Below are positions 35,505 to 45,644 of a DNA stretch of 64,000 bases, piece by piece. The first letter of the stretch is position 1, and each line of letters begins with the position of its first letter. Made by a program: the position numbers and the translations under genes. Location: positions 3,744,001 through 3,808,000 of the forward strand of contig OY762897.2 in NCBI GenBank assembly GCA_963666515.2, given 5' to 3'. This DNA comes from Candidatus Binatia bacterium. GTDB taxonomy: Bacteria > Desulfobacterota > Binatia > UBA9968 > JAJDTQ01. The notes beneath the pieces were generated by a model. The model had not been told where the DNA came from. It did not search any database and saw only the letters and a program-made list of their open reading frames with translations.

Positions 35505-37790
35505 ATGCCGCAATCAAGGTTCCAGCACGTCGGCCGGGATGTTCCCCGGGTGGACGGCGTCGACAAGGTGACGGGGCGGGCAAAGTACACCGGCGACGTC
35601 GTGCTGCCCGGGATGCTCGAAGGGCGCATCCTGCGAAGCCCGTTGCCGCACGCGCGCATCCGGGCCATCGACACGTCGCGGGCGGAGGCCCTTGACGGCG
35701 TGCGCGCGGTGGTCACCGCGAGCGACCTTTCGGGTCTGGATCCCTTCTACAACGGCCGTCCGGTGGTGGCCCTGGAGAAGGTGCGCTACGTAGGCGAGCC
35801 GGTGGCCGCGGTGGCCGCGGAGGACGAGCACACCGCCGAGGCGGCCCTCGCCCTCATCGACGTGGACTACGAGGAGCTGCCTTCGGCGCTGGGCATGGCC
35901 GCGGCGCTGGCGCCGGGGGCGCCGCTGATCCACGACGAGGCGCCCGGCAACGTGTGCGCCCATGAACGGGTGGAGCAGGGCGACGTGGAACAGGGCTTTG
36001 CCGCCTCGGACCGGGTCTTCGAGGCGCGGTACACGTTCCCCAGCGTCTACCACTACAGCATGGAGCCCCACGGCGCGGTGGCCCGTTGGGGCGCGGACCG
36101 CATCGACCTGTGGTCGTCGGCGCAGCACCCGTTCCTCGTGCAGGGGGACATCGCGCGCATCTTCGGCGTCGCCCGCTCCCAAGTGCGGCTGCAAGTTTCT
36201 TTCCTGGGCGGCGGTTTCGGCGGCAAGTCCTACAGCAAGTTCGAGCCCCTGGTGGTGCTGCTGTCGCGCAAGGCGGGCCGACCGGTGCGGCTGTGCCTGT
36301 CGGTCCCCGAGGCCATGGTCACGGTGCGGCGGCACGGCGCCGCGGTGAAGCTCAAGACCGGGGTGATGAACGACGGCGCCCTGGTGGCCCGGCAGGCGGA
36401 GATACACCTCGACACCGGCGCCTTCACCGAGAACACCCGCATGGTGGCGCAACTCGCCGCCACCCGGGTGCTTGGACCCTACCGGATTCCGCATCTCAGG
36501 AGCGACGTCTACTCCGTCCACACCAACGCCGGCTCCGCTGGCTCGTTCCGCTCGGTGGCCGCGCCCCAGACGATCTTCGCCTGCGAGTCACAGATGGACG
36601 AGATCGCCGCGGAGTTGGGCATGGACCCGGTGGAATTGCGCGACCGGAACCTGCTCAAGAAGGGCGAGAGGCTCCAGCCGAAGCTCCGGCCCGTGGACGT
36701 GGACCTGCATTCGAGTCTCCGGCGGCTTGTCACGGGCGCCCGCTGGCGTCGTCGCGCCGGCCGCGGGAAAGTCGCCGGGAAGGGTGGTGCGAACGGCGCT
36801 GGAACGGGCGGCGGAACCGAGACTCGCGGACGCGAGCCCGGCGGCCCGCCCCTGGGCATGGCCTGCGGCTCCACCAACGCCGGCGGCGTGTTGCCGGTGT
36901 CCGTGGCGCTGGTGCGGCTAGGCGCCGACGGCTACGTGTCGATCCTGGCGGGCAGCACGGAGATGGGCCAAGGTGTCAGGACGACGTTCACACAGATCGT
37001 CGCCGAGGAGTTGGCGCTGTCGCGCGAGCGGGTCCAAGTCGTGCCCGTTGACACCACCGTCACGCCCTATGACCACTCCACCGGCGCCAGCCGCTCCACC
37101 ACGGTCATGGGCCGGGCGGTCCAGGCCGCGGCCCGGGACCTCAAGCGGCAGTTGCGCGCCATCGCGGCCAAGGCCTTCGGGGTCACGGCCGGGAAAGTGA
37201 AGGTGTCCGAAGGGCGGCTCGTCGCCGGCGAACAGGCCATGTCATTCACCGACGCCCTTGCTCACCGTTTCGGCGCCGTCGCCGGCGAGATCGTCGGGCG
37301 CGGCACCATGGGCCCCGAGATGGTGGCATGGAAGACGCCGGTGCTCTGGGAAGTGGGCATGGGGGTCGCCGAGCTGGACATCGACCGCGACACCGGCGCG
37401 TTGAAACTGGTCAGCTACGTTTCCGCGGCCGACGTCGGCAAGGCCATCCATCCCCAGCACTGCATCGGACAGGAGGAGGGCGCGGCCATGATGGGCATCG
37501 GCCACACCTTCATGGAGCAGATGGTGCACGACGAGAACCAGTTGCTCAATCCCAACCTGGTCGATTACCGCGTGCCCAAGTTCGAGGACCTGCCAGCGGA
37601 GTATCACACGTACCTGGTGGAGAACCGGGACGGCATCGGCCCCTACGGCAGCCGCGGCATGGGCGAGGGCGGCATCTTCTCCGTGGCGCCGTCAGTGGTC
37701 AGCGCCCTGGCCCGGGCCACCGGCGTGCGCATTCGCGACTTGCCGCTGACACCGGAACGGGTGTGGCGGGCGCTCAGGGACGAGGGGTGA
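35505..37790 (+). CDS. Xanthine dehydrogenase-family molybdopterin-binding subunit
   Basis: KVTGRAKYTGD, LRSPLPHARI, GGGFGGK, EMGQG, GSRGMGEG, LPLTPERV. Confidence 0.92.
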   Translation: MPQSRFQHVGRDVPRVDGVDKVTGRAKYTGDVVLPGMLEGRILRSPLPHARIRAIDTSRAEALDGVRAVVTASDLSGLDPFYNGRPVVALEKVRYVGEPVAAVAAEDEHTAEAALALIDVDYEELPSALGMAAALAPGAPLIHDEAPGNVCAHERVEQGDVEQGFAASDRVFEARYTFPSVYHYSMEPHGAVARWGADRIDLWSSAQHPFLVQGDIARIFGVARSQVRLQVSFLGGGFGGKSYSKFEPLVVLLSRKAGRPVRLCLSVPEAMVTVRRHGAAVKLKTGVMNDGALVARQAEIHLDTGAFTENTRMVAQLAATRVLGPYRIPHLRSDVYSVHTNAGSAGSFRSVAAPQTIFACESQMDEIAAELGMDPVELRDRNLLKKGERLQPKLRPVDVDLHSSLRRLVTGARWRRRAGRGKVAGKGGANGAGTGGGTETRGREPGGPPLGMACGSTNAGGVLPVSVALVRLGADGYVSILAGSTEMGQGVRTTFTQIVAEELALSRERVQVVPVDTTVTPYDHSTGASRSTTVMGRAVQAAARDLKRQLRAIAAKAFGVTAGKVKVSEGRLVAGEQAMSFTDALAHRFGAVAGEIVGRGTMGPEMVAWKTPVLWEVGMGVAELDIDRDTGALKLVSYVSAADVGKAIHPQHCIGQEEGAAMMGIGHTFMEQMVHDENQLLNPNLVDYRVPKFEDLPAEYHTYLVENRDGIGPYGSRGMGEGGIFSVAPSVVSALARATGVRIRDLPLTPERVWRALRDEG

Positions 37791-38163
37791 GGGGGCGGAT
37801 CTTCTCCTCGAGCCAGGAGTGCAATTCAGTGAACCGGAACGAGCCGGTCTCGAAGAGGTGCATGAAGAAAGCGTATGCTTCCTCGTTGTCGCAGTCGATG
37901 AATCGACCATTCATGCGCAGGAAGGTGTCGGTGACAAAGAACGCGATCCGTTTGTTACCGTCCACGAACGCGTGATTGTTGGCCAGGCTCTCCATGAGCG
38001 CCGCCGCTTCCTGGATGAATGTGTCGTAGTACCCAAGTTGGGGTCGCATGAGCGCGGCGGCCAAGGCCCCCTCGTCACGGATACCCATGGTCCCGCCGAA
38101 TTCGTTGATCAGGGCGTCGTGCATGGCGATGACTTCCTGGATGGTAGGGAAGTCATGATTCAT
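37774..38163 (-). CDS. doc: Doc (death-on-curing)/Fic family toxin
   Basis: GIRDEGAL, NHAFVDGNKRIA Fic/Doc motif. Confidence 0.9.
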   Translation of the reverse strand: MNHDFPTIQEVIAMHDALINEFGGTMGIRDEGALAAALMRPQLGYYDTFIQEAAALMESLANNHAFVDGNKRIAFFVTDTFLRMNGRFIDCDNEEAYAFFMHLFETGSFRFTELHSWLEEKIRPLTPRP

Positions 38164-38387
38164 TTGGCCAGCAACTCGCCCAGGCGACGGTTTCTTTCCA
38201 CGCTGGCCTGGAAATGGGCCATGACGGCGGAGCGAGGCTTGTCGCGAGAGCGGTTTTCGACGTACTCCCGCAACGCATCCTCCAGAACGGCCTGAAAGTG
38301 CCGCCCTTCCTTCTGCGCGATCTCACGAATCGTCGCCAGCAGTTCCTGGGGCGCCTGACTGGAGAATTTTTCGCGTGGCATCCGCAT
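38160..38387 (-). CDS. Putative ribbon-helix-helix antitoxin for Doc
   Basis: KFSSQAPQELL...EGRHFQAVLEDALREY...LGELLAK; ATGA overlap with doc. Confidence 0.78.
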   Translation of the reverse strand: MRMPREKFSSQAPQELLATIREIAQKEGRHFQAVLEDALREYVENRSRDKPRSAVMAHFQASVERNRRLGELLAK

Positions 38388-38471
38388 GACCGCTCCCTAT
38401 CTGCCCTATTATGTATGCGGCGGTGGCGGCCTGTCAAGAAATGACCTGACAGAGATGGATGCGCTCTCGGC

Positions 38472-40802
38472 TCACAGAGGTGGCGTCGACGAGCCGTCGT
38501 TGCGGGCGCGGAGCCAAGCGCGGATGCGGTCGGGGCTGAGGGGGAGGTCCTTGACCTCGATGCCGAGGGCGTTGCTGACGGCGTTGCCCAGGGCGCCGGC
38601 GGTGCCGACGATGCCGCCTTCTCCGGCGCCCTTGACGCCCAGGGGGTTGTAGGGTGAAGGCGCCTCTTCCAGCACCAAGTCGTCGATGGGGGGGACGTCG
38701 GTGCTGGTGGGCAGCAGGTAGTCCAGGAACGTGGTGGTGAGGAGCTGGCCGCCCTCGCCGTACACGAGTTCCTCCAGCACCACGCCGCCGATGCCCTGCA
38801 CCGCGGCGCCGACCGTCTGGCCGTGCACCATCAGCGGGTTGACCATCCGGCCCACGTCTTCCACCACCAGGTACTTGAGCACCTCCAGCATGCCGGTCTC
38901 GGGATCCACGGCCACCTGGGCCAGGTGCACGCCGTAGGTGTGGGTGATGTTGTCGGAGTTGTAGTAGGCGGTGGCCTCCAGTTCGGGGACGCCCTGCTCG
39001 GGGATGATGGACTCCCGCATGTGCGCTACCAGTTCGCCCAGTGGCAAAGCCGGCGCCTCGGTGCCCGGCTGGACGATGTTGCCGTCCTCCAGCGACAGGC
39101 TCGCCGCGTCCGCGTCCAGGTGCCGGGCCGCCGCCGCCAGGATCTTATCCTTGAGCTGCAGCGCGGTGATGTGCACGGCGTTCCCCGCCATCACGGTGCC
39201 GCGGCTGGCAAAGGTGCCCCAGCCGAAGGGCGAGAGGTCGGTGTTGCCGTGGAACACGGAAATGGCGTCCATGGGAACGCCCAGGGCGTCGGCGCAGATC
39301 TGTGCCATGGCGGTCTCGTGTCCCTGGCCGAGTTGGGCGATGCTCAGGAACACGGTGACCCCGCCGCCTTCGCCCACCACCATGCGGGCGCCTTCGTAGG
39401 GCTCCAGCCCACCGGTGTTCTTGACGAAGTACGAAAGGCCGACGCCGTGGTAGCGGCCGTCCTCCCGGAGCCCCTGACGCCCCAGCATCTCGTCGTAGTC
39501 AAACCGTTCCAGGGCCTGCCTGAGGGCGCTCGGATAGTCGCCGCTGTCGAGGATGGTGGGGTGCTTGCTGGGCCGGGTGAAGCCGATCTCGTACGGGATC
39601 TCCTCCGGCTTGACCAAGTTCTTCCGCCGCAGTTCCACCGGATCCAGGTCCAGGTCCCGGGCCATCATGTCCAGCATGCGCTCGCGGTAGAAGCACGACT
39701 CCACCCGTCCGGGAGCCCGCAGCGTGCCCATGCCGGTCTTGTTGGTCATGATGCAGTGGATCCTGGCCTCGTAGTTTGGGATGCGATACGGTCCGGTCAG
39801 CAAGGCCGCGGTGGAGCAGGGCACCAGCCCGCCGTGGGTGCGCACGTAGGCGCCCATGTCGCCGAAGATTTGCGCCCGAACCGCCAGCAGCGTGCCATCC
39901 TTGCGCGCCGCGATCTCCAGCTCGCAGGTTACCTGTCGCGAGTGGTTGGCCGCCAGCAGGTGCTCGCGCCGGTCTTCGATCCATTTCACCGGAACGCCGA
40001 GCCGCACGGTGGCGAAGGGAATCAGGAAGTCCTCGGGATACAGCTCGCCGCGGATGCCGAAGCCGCCGCCCACGTCGTTCTCCTCGAAGTGGCACTTGTG
40101 CTCGGGCAGTTGCAGGAAGGCGGCGATGGTCTGGCGGTTCAGGTGCGGCAGCTTGGTGGCGCCGTAGACCCGAAGCTCGCCCTTGCCCCGGTCGAAGTGG
40201 GCCAGGATGCCGCGAGTCTCCATCGGGTTGCCGGTGAAGCGGTGTACCCGGAACTCCTCCCGGCGGGTGTAGTCGGCTTCCTCGAACGCCTTGTCGGCGT
40301 CGCCGATGTTGACGTGGTGGACGCCGGCCAGGTTGGTGCCGTTGTCTTCGTGCACCAGCACCTTGTCCTCCAGCGCCTCGCGCACGTCCATCACTTCCTG
40401 GAGCACCTCGTAGTCGACGTCGATGGCGTCCAGGGCGTCCTCGGCCAGGTAACGGCTCTCCGCCACGGCCACGGCCACGGGCTCGCCCACGTAGCGCACC
40501 ACGTCACGCGCCAGCGACGGCTGAAGGTACTTGTCGAGGCCCGGAATCTTGTACATGCGGATGGGCACGGTGGCGTCCAGCTCGCCGATGTCCTTGAGCG
40601 TGAACACCGAGACGACACCGGGCAGGGCCTCGGCCCGCTTGGTGTCAATGTTCAGAATGCGTGCGTGAGCGTGGGGGCTGCGAAGGATGGCGGCATGGAC
40701 CATGTGGGGCAGCTTGATGTCGTCCACGTAGGTGCCCGCGCCGGTAATGAACCGCACGTCCTCGCGCCGCCTGATGGGAGCGCCGATGTATGATTCCGCC
40801 AT
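38472..40802 (-). CDS. CoxL-like xanthine dehydrogenase-family large subunit
   Basis: RREDVRFITGAGTYVDDI, VGGGFGIRG, LGQGHET, GVKGAGEGG; loop TLRAPGR. Confidence 0.92.
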   Translation of the reverse strand: MAESYIGAPIRRREDVRFITGAGTYVDDIKLPHMVHAAILRSPHAHARILNIDTKRAEALPGVVSVFTLKDIGELDATVPIRMYKIPGLDKYLQPSLARDVVRYVGEPVAVAVAESRYLAEDALDAIDVDYEVLQEVMDVREALEDKVLVHEDNGTNLAGVHHVNIGDADKAFEEADYTRREEFRVHRFTGNPMETRGILAHFDRGKGELRVYGATKLPHLNRQTIAAFLQLPEHKCHFEENDVGGGFGIRGELYPEDFLIPFATVRLGVPVKWIEDRREHLLAANHSRQVTCELEIAARKDGTLLAVRAQIFGDMGAYVRTHGGLVPCSTAALLTGPYRIPNYEARIHCIMTNKTGMGTLRAPGRVESCFYRERMLDMMARDLDLDPVELRRKNLVKPEEIPYEIGFTRPSKHPTILDSGDYPSALRQALERFDYDEMLGRQGLREDGRYHGVGLSYFVKNTGGLEPYEGARMVVGEGGGVTVFLSIAQLGQGHETAMAQICADALGVPMDAISVFHGNTDLSPFGWGTFASRGTVMAGNAVHITALQLKDKILAAAARHLDADAASLSLEDGNIVQPGTEAPALPLGELVAHMRESIIPEQGVPELEATAYYNSDNITHTYGVHLAQVAVDPETGMLEVLKYLVVEDVGRMVNPLMVHGQTVGAAVQGIGGVVLEELVYGEGGQLLTTTFLDYLLPTSTDVPPIDDLVLEEAPSPYNPLGVKGAGEGGIVGTAGALGNAVSNALGIEVKDLPLSPDRIRAWLRARNDGSSTPPL

Positions 40803-40830
40803 TTCAGGGAGCCTCTCGTTCGGGAGAGTA

Positions 40831-40858
40831 CGTCATTCCGGCGAAAGCCGGAATCCAG
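40831..40858 (+). repeat. CGTC-type REP palindrome, single copy
   Basis: cgtcattccggcgaaagccggaatccag between the small and large subunit genes. Confidence 0.9.
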
Positions 40859-40866
40859 TCAGATGG

Positions 40867-41355
40867 TCAATCCTTGTCCGTGCCGCCCACCTCCGGGGCC
40901 GCCTGGGCGATGGCCTCGATGATGGGTTGGTAGCCGGTGCAGCGGCAGATGTTGCCGGAGATGGCCTCGCGGATCTCGGCATCGTTGGGGCTGGGGTTTT
41001 CCTTGAGGAAGGCGGACGCGGTCATGAGGAACCCCGGGGTGCAGAAACCGCATTGGAGCGCATGGCGATCCTGGAACGCCGCCTGCAAGGGATGCAATTG
41101 GTCGCCGTCCGCCAGCCCCTCCACCGTCTCCAGGGTCGCCCCCTCCGCCTGAACCGCCAGCAGCAGGCACGAGCGCACCGCCTCGCCGTTCATGATCACG
41201 GTGCAGGCGCCGCACACGCCGTGCTCGCAGCCCAGGTGGGTGCCGGTGAGGTCCAGCTCGTTACGGAGGAAATCGGCCAGCGTCATGCGCACTTCCACGA
41301 GCTTCTCGTAGGCCTTGCCGTTGACCGTCAGGTTGAGGATGCTCTTGGTGCTCAT
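40867..41355 (-). CDS. CoxS-like [2Fe-2S] small subunit
   Basis: ATG at 41355; GCEHGVCGAC, RSCL, QCGFCTPG, GNICRCTGY. Confidence 0.93.
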   Translation of the reverse strand: MSTKSILNLTVNGKAYEKLVEVRMTLADFLRNELDLTGTHLGCEHGVCGACTVIMNGEAVRSCLLLAVQAEGATLETVEGLADGDQLHPLQAAFQDRHALQCGFCTPGFLMTASAFLKENPSPNDAEIREAISGNICRCTGYQPIIEAIAQAAPEVGGTDKD

Positions 41356-42236
41356 GACGCGCCGTCCTCTCCGTTGGCCCGGGCCGAGGCCGCGCGGAGC
41401 GCGCGCCGGGTGAGCACGCCGCCCACCTCCTTGCGGTACAGCGCGGATGCGTGGATGTCCGAGTCGGGCTCCAGTTCCTCGAAGACGATTCGCTCCACGT
41501 CCTTGAGTGTGGCATCGTCCAGGGCGGCGCCCTTCAAGCGCTGCTCGGCCTTCTCCACCCGGACGGGCCGGCCGCCCACGCCGAACAGCGTGATGCGGGC
41601 GTCCTCGCAGGCGTCCCCGTTCATGTCCGCCCACAGCGCCACCCCCACCATGGCGAAGTCGCCCTTGCGGCGGGACACCTCGTCGATGGCCCACAGGCGG
41701 CCCGCTTTCCAGGCCGGCAGGCGTACCTCGGTCAGCACCTCGTTGGCCTCGACGGCCGTGGCCATGTAGCCCAGGTAGAGATCTTCCGCGCTCACCACCC
41801 GCTCACCGGCTGCGCTGGCGAGCACGAACTCCGCGCCCAGCGCCACGGATACCGCCGGCAGCTCCGCGGCCGGATCGGCGTGGACAAGGCTGCCGCCCAC
41901 CGTGCCGCGGTTGCGTATCTGGAAGTGGCCGATCAGGGGCACGGCCGCGGCCAGCAGAGGGTTCCGTGCCGGCAGGCCGGCGTCCCGCTCCAGCGCCCGC
42001 TGGCGCGTCAACGCCCCTATACTGAGGCCGCCGTCGCCGCTGGCGGCCACGCGGTCCATGCCGGGCACCCGGTTCAGGTCCACGATAACCGCGGGACGCG
42101 CCAGCCGCAGGCTCATGAGCGGCATCAGGCTCTGTCCGCCGGCGAGGATCTTGCCGTCGTCGCCGTGCTCATCGAGCAGGCGGACCGCCTCGTCGAGACT
42201 TTCCGGGCAGTAGTAGGAAAAAGGTGCGGGTTTCAT
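41352..42236 (-). CDS. CoxM-like FAD-binding medium subunit
   Basis: MKPAPFSY, LAGGQSL, IRNRGTVGGSLVHADPAAE. Confidence 0.93.
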   Translation of the reverse strand: MKPAPFSYYCPESLDEAVRLLDEHGDDGKILAGGQSLMPLMSLRLARPAVIVDLNRVPGMDRVAASGDGGLSIGALTRQRALERDAGLPARNPLLAAAVPLIGHFQIRNRGTVGGSLVHADPAAELPAVSVALGAEFVLASAAGERVVSAEDLYLGYMATAVEANEVLTEVRLPAWKAGRLWAIDEVSRRKGDFAMVGVALWADMNGDACEDARITLFGVGGRPVRVEKAEQRLKGAALDDATLKDVERIVFEELEPDSDIHASALYRKEVGGVLTRRALRAASARANGEDGAS

Positions 42237-42356
42237 GAGGATGGAGATGCTTTCACGGGGACCTAGCCAATTAGCCCGGGCTTGTCAAGAACGCGGGAAC
42301 GCTCCCGGTTGGGTTCTTTCGCTTTGCCGCGACATGGCATAGTATGGAGCCTCGCC

Positions 42357-43094
42357 ATGTCGAAGACCGCCGGCATCATCATCATCGGCAACGAGGTCCT
42401 CTCCGGCAAGACCCAGGACATCAATTCCACCTTCCTGTGCCGCGAGTTGCGGCTCCTGGGCGTCGACGTGCAGCGCGTCACGGTGATCCCGGACGACCGC
42501 GACCTCATCGGACGCACCGCGGCGCGCTTCTCGGCCAGATGGGACCTCGTCTTCACCACCGGCGGCGTCGGCCCGACCCACGACGACGTCACCATCGAAG
42601 GCATCGCCCAGGGCTTCGGGGTCGAGGCCGTCATCCACCCGCGCCTGGAACGCCGGCTATTGGAGCGCTACGGCGACGACCTGAATCCCGCGCGGCTGCG
42701 CATGGCCATGGTGCCGGAAGGAGCCGAGCTGCTGGGCGGCGAAGCCCTGTTCGCACCGGTGGTGCGGATGAAGAACGTCTACGTTTTCGCCGGCGTGCCC
42801 CGGATCCTCCAGGACCGCTTCAACGCCATCAAGGAACGTTTCCGCGAGGCCCCCTACCACCTCACGAACATCTACATCCGGGACGGCGAAGGCGCCATCG
42901 CCGGGACGCTGAACGACCTGCTGGAGCGCTTTCCCGAGATCATGCTGGGTTCCTATCCGGTGCTGGACAACCCGGACTACAAGGTGAAGGTGACGGTGGA
43001 ATCCAAGAGCGGCGAATACCTGGAGAAAGCGGTTACGTGTCTCCTGGAAAACCTTCCCGAATCAACCGTCCTGCGCATCGAAAGGGCTGACTAG
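42357..43094 (+). CDS. CinA-like molybdopterin-binding domain protein
   Basis: IIIGNEVLSGKTQDIN, TTGGVGPTHDDVT, GVP, GSYP. Confidence 0.87.
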   Translation: MSKTAGIIIIGNEVLSGKTQDINSTFLCRELRLLGVDVQRVTVIPDDRDLIGRTAARFSARWDLVFTTGGVGPTHDDVTIEGIAQGFGVEAVIHPRLERRLLERYGDDLNPARLRMAMVPEGAELLGGEALFAPVVRMKNVYVFAGVPRILQDRFNAIKERFREAPYHLTNIYIRDGEGAIAGTLNDLLERFPEIMLGSYPVLDNPDYKVKVTVESKSGEYLEKAVTCLLENLPESTVLRIERAD

Positions 43095-43537
43095 GACTTG
43101 GCGGCCGGGGCCTCCGCGAACCGCTCGCCGGTCTGGCTGCCGATCCAGATCTCGCCGCCCTCGTAGATCTCCTTCTTCCAGATGGGCACGCGCTTCTTCA
43201 GTTCGTCGATGGCATAGCGGCACGCCTTGAAGGCGTCGTCCCGGTGCGGCGCCGAGGCCGCGATGACCACGCTGGCCTCGCCGATGGGCACGTTGCCGAC
43301 GCGGTGCACGATGGCCATGCGGGTGATCTCCCACTTCCCGGCCGCCTCGTCCCCGAGCCTGGCCATCTCCTGCTCCGCCATCCCGGGGTAAGCTTCGTAG
43401 TCCAGCGAGCGAATGGAACGGCCCTCATTGTTGTCGCGGGTCGTGCCGATGAAGGTCGTCACCGCGCCGGCGCCGGGGTCGCCCACGAACACCAGCAACT
43501 CGTTCACGTCGATGGGTTTGTCGGTCAGCCTGTACAC
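43091..43537 (-). CDS. moaE: Molybdopterin synthase catalytic subunit
   Basis: FIGTTR, YEAYPGMA, HRVG, IDELKKRVPIWKKE. Confidence 0.95.
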   Translation of the reverse strand: MYRLTDKPIDVNELLVFVGDPGAGAVTTFIGTTRDNNEGRSIRSLDYEAYPGMAEQEMARLGDEAAGKWEITRMAIVHRVGNVPIGEASVVIAASAPHRDDAFKACRYAIDELKKRVPIWKKEIYEGGEIWIGSQTGERFAEAPAAKS

Positions 43538-43538
43538 G

Positions 43539-43784
43539 TCACCCTCCGCTCACCGGCGGTATGAAGGCGACCTCGTCGCCGTCGGCCAACTCGTGGTCCA
43601 GCGTCACGTATTCGCTGTTGACGGCGTAGAGCAGCTTCAACTGGACGCCGGCGAGTCCCGTGTACTCCCGCCGGAGCTTGTCCCAGAGTTCCTTCACCGT
43701 GGCCCCGTCGGGCACCTCGTGCCGTGCATCCGCGGTACCCGCCCGCTCCCGCAGCATGGCGAAGAGTTTGACCCTGACCTTCAT
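43539..43784 (-). CDS. moaD: Molybdopterin synthase sulfur carrier
   Basis: VKLFAMLRE, AVN, C-terminal PPVSGG. Confidence 0.95.
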   Translation of the reverse strand: MKVRVKLFAMLRERAGTADARHEVPDGATVKELWDKLRREYTGLAGVQLKLLYAVNSEYVTLDHELADGDEVAFIPPVSGG

Positions 43785-44287
43785 AGTCCGCGGGCTTGCG
43801 CCACCATGTGGCCCAACTGCGGCAGCAGGAGGCCGGTCATGGCCAACTTCACCGCTCCGCTGGAACCCGGCACGGAAACCACGACACGGGAGCCCGCGGT
43901 GCCGGCGACGGCGCGGCTCAGCATGGCCGCCGAGCCGATTTCCTCGTAGCTGAGGAAACGGAACAGCTCGCCGAAACCGTCGATGCGCTTCTCCAGCACG
44001 TCGCTCACCACCTCGTAGGTCCCGTCCCTCGGCGCGACGCCCGTGCCGCCGTTCAGGATCACCGCGTCCACCGCTTCCTGGGCCAGGGCCTTGGCGATGA
44101 GAGCGCGGACGTCATCCGGCTCGTCCTTGACGATCTCGTAGCCGGCCACCGTGTGGCCGCTTTCCTCCAGGAGCTGCTTGATGGTGGCGCCGCTCCGGTC
44201 GGTGGCCTCGTCACGTGTGTCGCTCACGGTGATGACGAAGCAGGCTACGGTCTTGAGGCTTCTCTCGGTATGGGACTTCTCTGCCAT
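43781..44287 (-). CDS. moaB: MoaB/MogA family molybdenum cofactor biosynthesis protein
   Basis: ITVSDTR, GGTGVAPRD, GFGELFR, AMLSRA, PGS. Confidence 0.92.
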   Translation of the reverse strand: MAEKSHTERSLKTVACFVITVSDTRDEATDRSGATIKQLLEESGHTVAGYEIVKDEPDDVRALIAKALAQEAVDAVILNGGTGVAPRDGTYEVVSDVLEKRIDGFGELFRFLSYEEIGSAAMLSRAVAGTAGSRVVVSVPGSSGAVKLAMTGLLLPQLGHMVAQARGL

Positions 44288-44296
44288 GATCGCTGA

Positions 44297-45403
44297 CTAG
44301 ATGCGCATCGGCATGACCACGTAAAGCAGGCTGTCGTCGCCGCCGCGCTTCAGCAGGGTGGGACTCTGGTCGTCCTTGAGCGCCATGCCGATCTGGTCCT
44401 CGCGTTCCAGGACGCCGAGAATCTCCAGCAGGTACTGGGCGTTGTAGCCGATGGCGAGCTGCTCGCCCTTGTACTCCACCTCCAGTTCCTCCGCCGCCTC
44501 TCCAAGGTCCGGGTTGTTGGCCGAGATGGCCATGCTTCCATCCTGCAACTCCACCCTGACGCCCCGGTAACGGTCGCTCGACAACAGTGATACCCGCCGC
44601 AACGCCCGGTAAAGGCTGTGTTGCGCCACGGTGGCCTCGCCGGTGTTGTCGCTCGGTATGACCTTGTCATAGTCCGGGAACTCGCCGTCGATCAACCGGA
44701 TCGACATTTCCACGTCCCCGGTCCAGACGAACACCATGTTGCCGCTGAAGCCCAGGGACACCGCCTCGTCCGCCGGGTCTTCCAGCAATCTGCGGAGTTC
44801 AGCCAGCCCCTTCCGCGGTACGATCACGCCCTTTTCGAGACCGAACGGGCCGATGTCCCGCTGTACCAGGGACAGCCTGTGACCGTCGGTGGTGACCATC
44901 CGCACGGATGACTCTCCCGACTCGTGCAGCAGCGCGCCGTTGAGGTTGGAGCGGGTCTCGTCCGAGGAGATGGAGAAGATCGTCTTGTCGATCATCTCCT
45001 TCAGGACCTGGGCCGGACACTCCTTCCGGTCGCTCTCCGCGTTTTCGGCGAACACCGGAAACTCCTGGGCGTCGAGGCCCACCATCTTGAACACGGACTT
45101 GCCGCTCTGAATCTCCACCCGGTCGTTGTCCAGGCGCTTCAGCTCGATCATTTCCTCCGACAGCTCGCGCACGATCTCGTAGAGCTTCCGGGCGTCCACG
45201 GTGACGCGGCCGGAGGTGACGATCTCGCCGCCGAGACTCGCTCGAACTCCCACTTCGAGGTCGGTCGCGGTGACGCGGACACGGTTCGCGTGGGTTTCGA
45301 TCAGGACGTTGGCAAGGATCGGCATGGTATTGCGCCGTTCCACCGTGCCCTGGATCCTGGACAACGCGTTCAGGAAGTCTTCGCGTCTGGTTCTGATCTC
45401 CAT
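44297..45403 (-). CDS. dnaN: DNA polymerase III beta sliding clamp
   Basis: TMPILANVL, ATDLE, TTDGHRL, LIDGEFPDY, VVMPMRI. Confidence 0.97.
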   Translation of the reverse strand: MEIRTRREDFLNALSRIQGTVERRNTMPILANVLIETHANRVRVTATDLEVGVRASLGGEIVTSGRVTVDARKLYEIVRELSEEMIELKRLDNDRVEIQSGKSVFKMVGLDAQEFPVFAENAESDRKECPAQVLKEMIDKTIFSISSDETRSNLNGALLHESGESSVRMVTTDGHRLSLVQRDIGPFGLEKGVIVPRKGLAELRRLLEDPADEAVSLGFSGNMVFVWTGDVEMSIRLIDGEFPDYDKVIPSDNTGEATVAQHSLYRALRRVSLLSSDRYRGVRVELQDGSMAISANNPDLGEAAEELEVEYKGEQLAIGYNAQYLLEILGVLEREDQIGMALKDDQSPTLLKRGGDDSLLYVVMPMRI

Positions 45404-45644
45404 GGGTCCTCCTGGATCACGAGCCCTTCTGTCTCTTTATTGAATTAATGGAAACAGGAGTAGTAGCAGGGCCTGTGAATATCGGGATAGGCGTCACAAC
45501 CTGCCGGTATTTAACCATCTTTCGGGTGGAAAAAAAATCACGGCCACGCGCGTTCTTCACAGGACGGGTTGCCGGGGGCCGGAGCGGTGTCAGGGTTTCA
45601 ACAGTCTGTGACGGTTTCTCCACAGCGTTTCCACGCGGTTTTCC
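45404..45644. other. oriC: Probable oriC unwinding region (dnaA-dnaN spacer)
   Basis: AT-rich patch (45436-45449), trinucleotide run cag-gag-tag-tag-cag (45455-45469), ggcc, DnaA-box-like TGTGAATAT (45474-45482), further boxes TTCTTCACA and TTCTCCACA. Confidence 0.8.

Noticed and set aside
38472-42236. Aerobic CO dehydrogenase (coxMSL)
   Set aside because: The active-site loop is TLRAPGR, not AYxCSFR, and no coxDEFG genes are present
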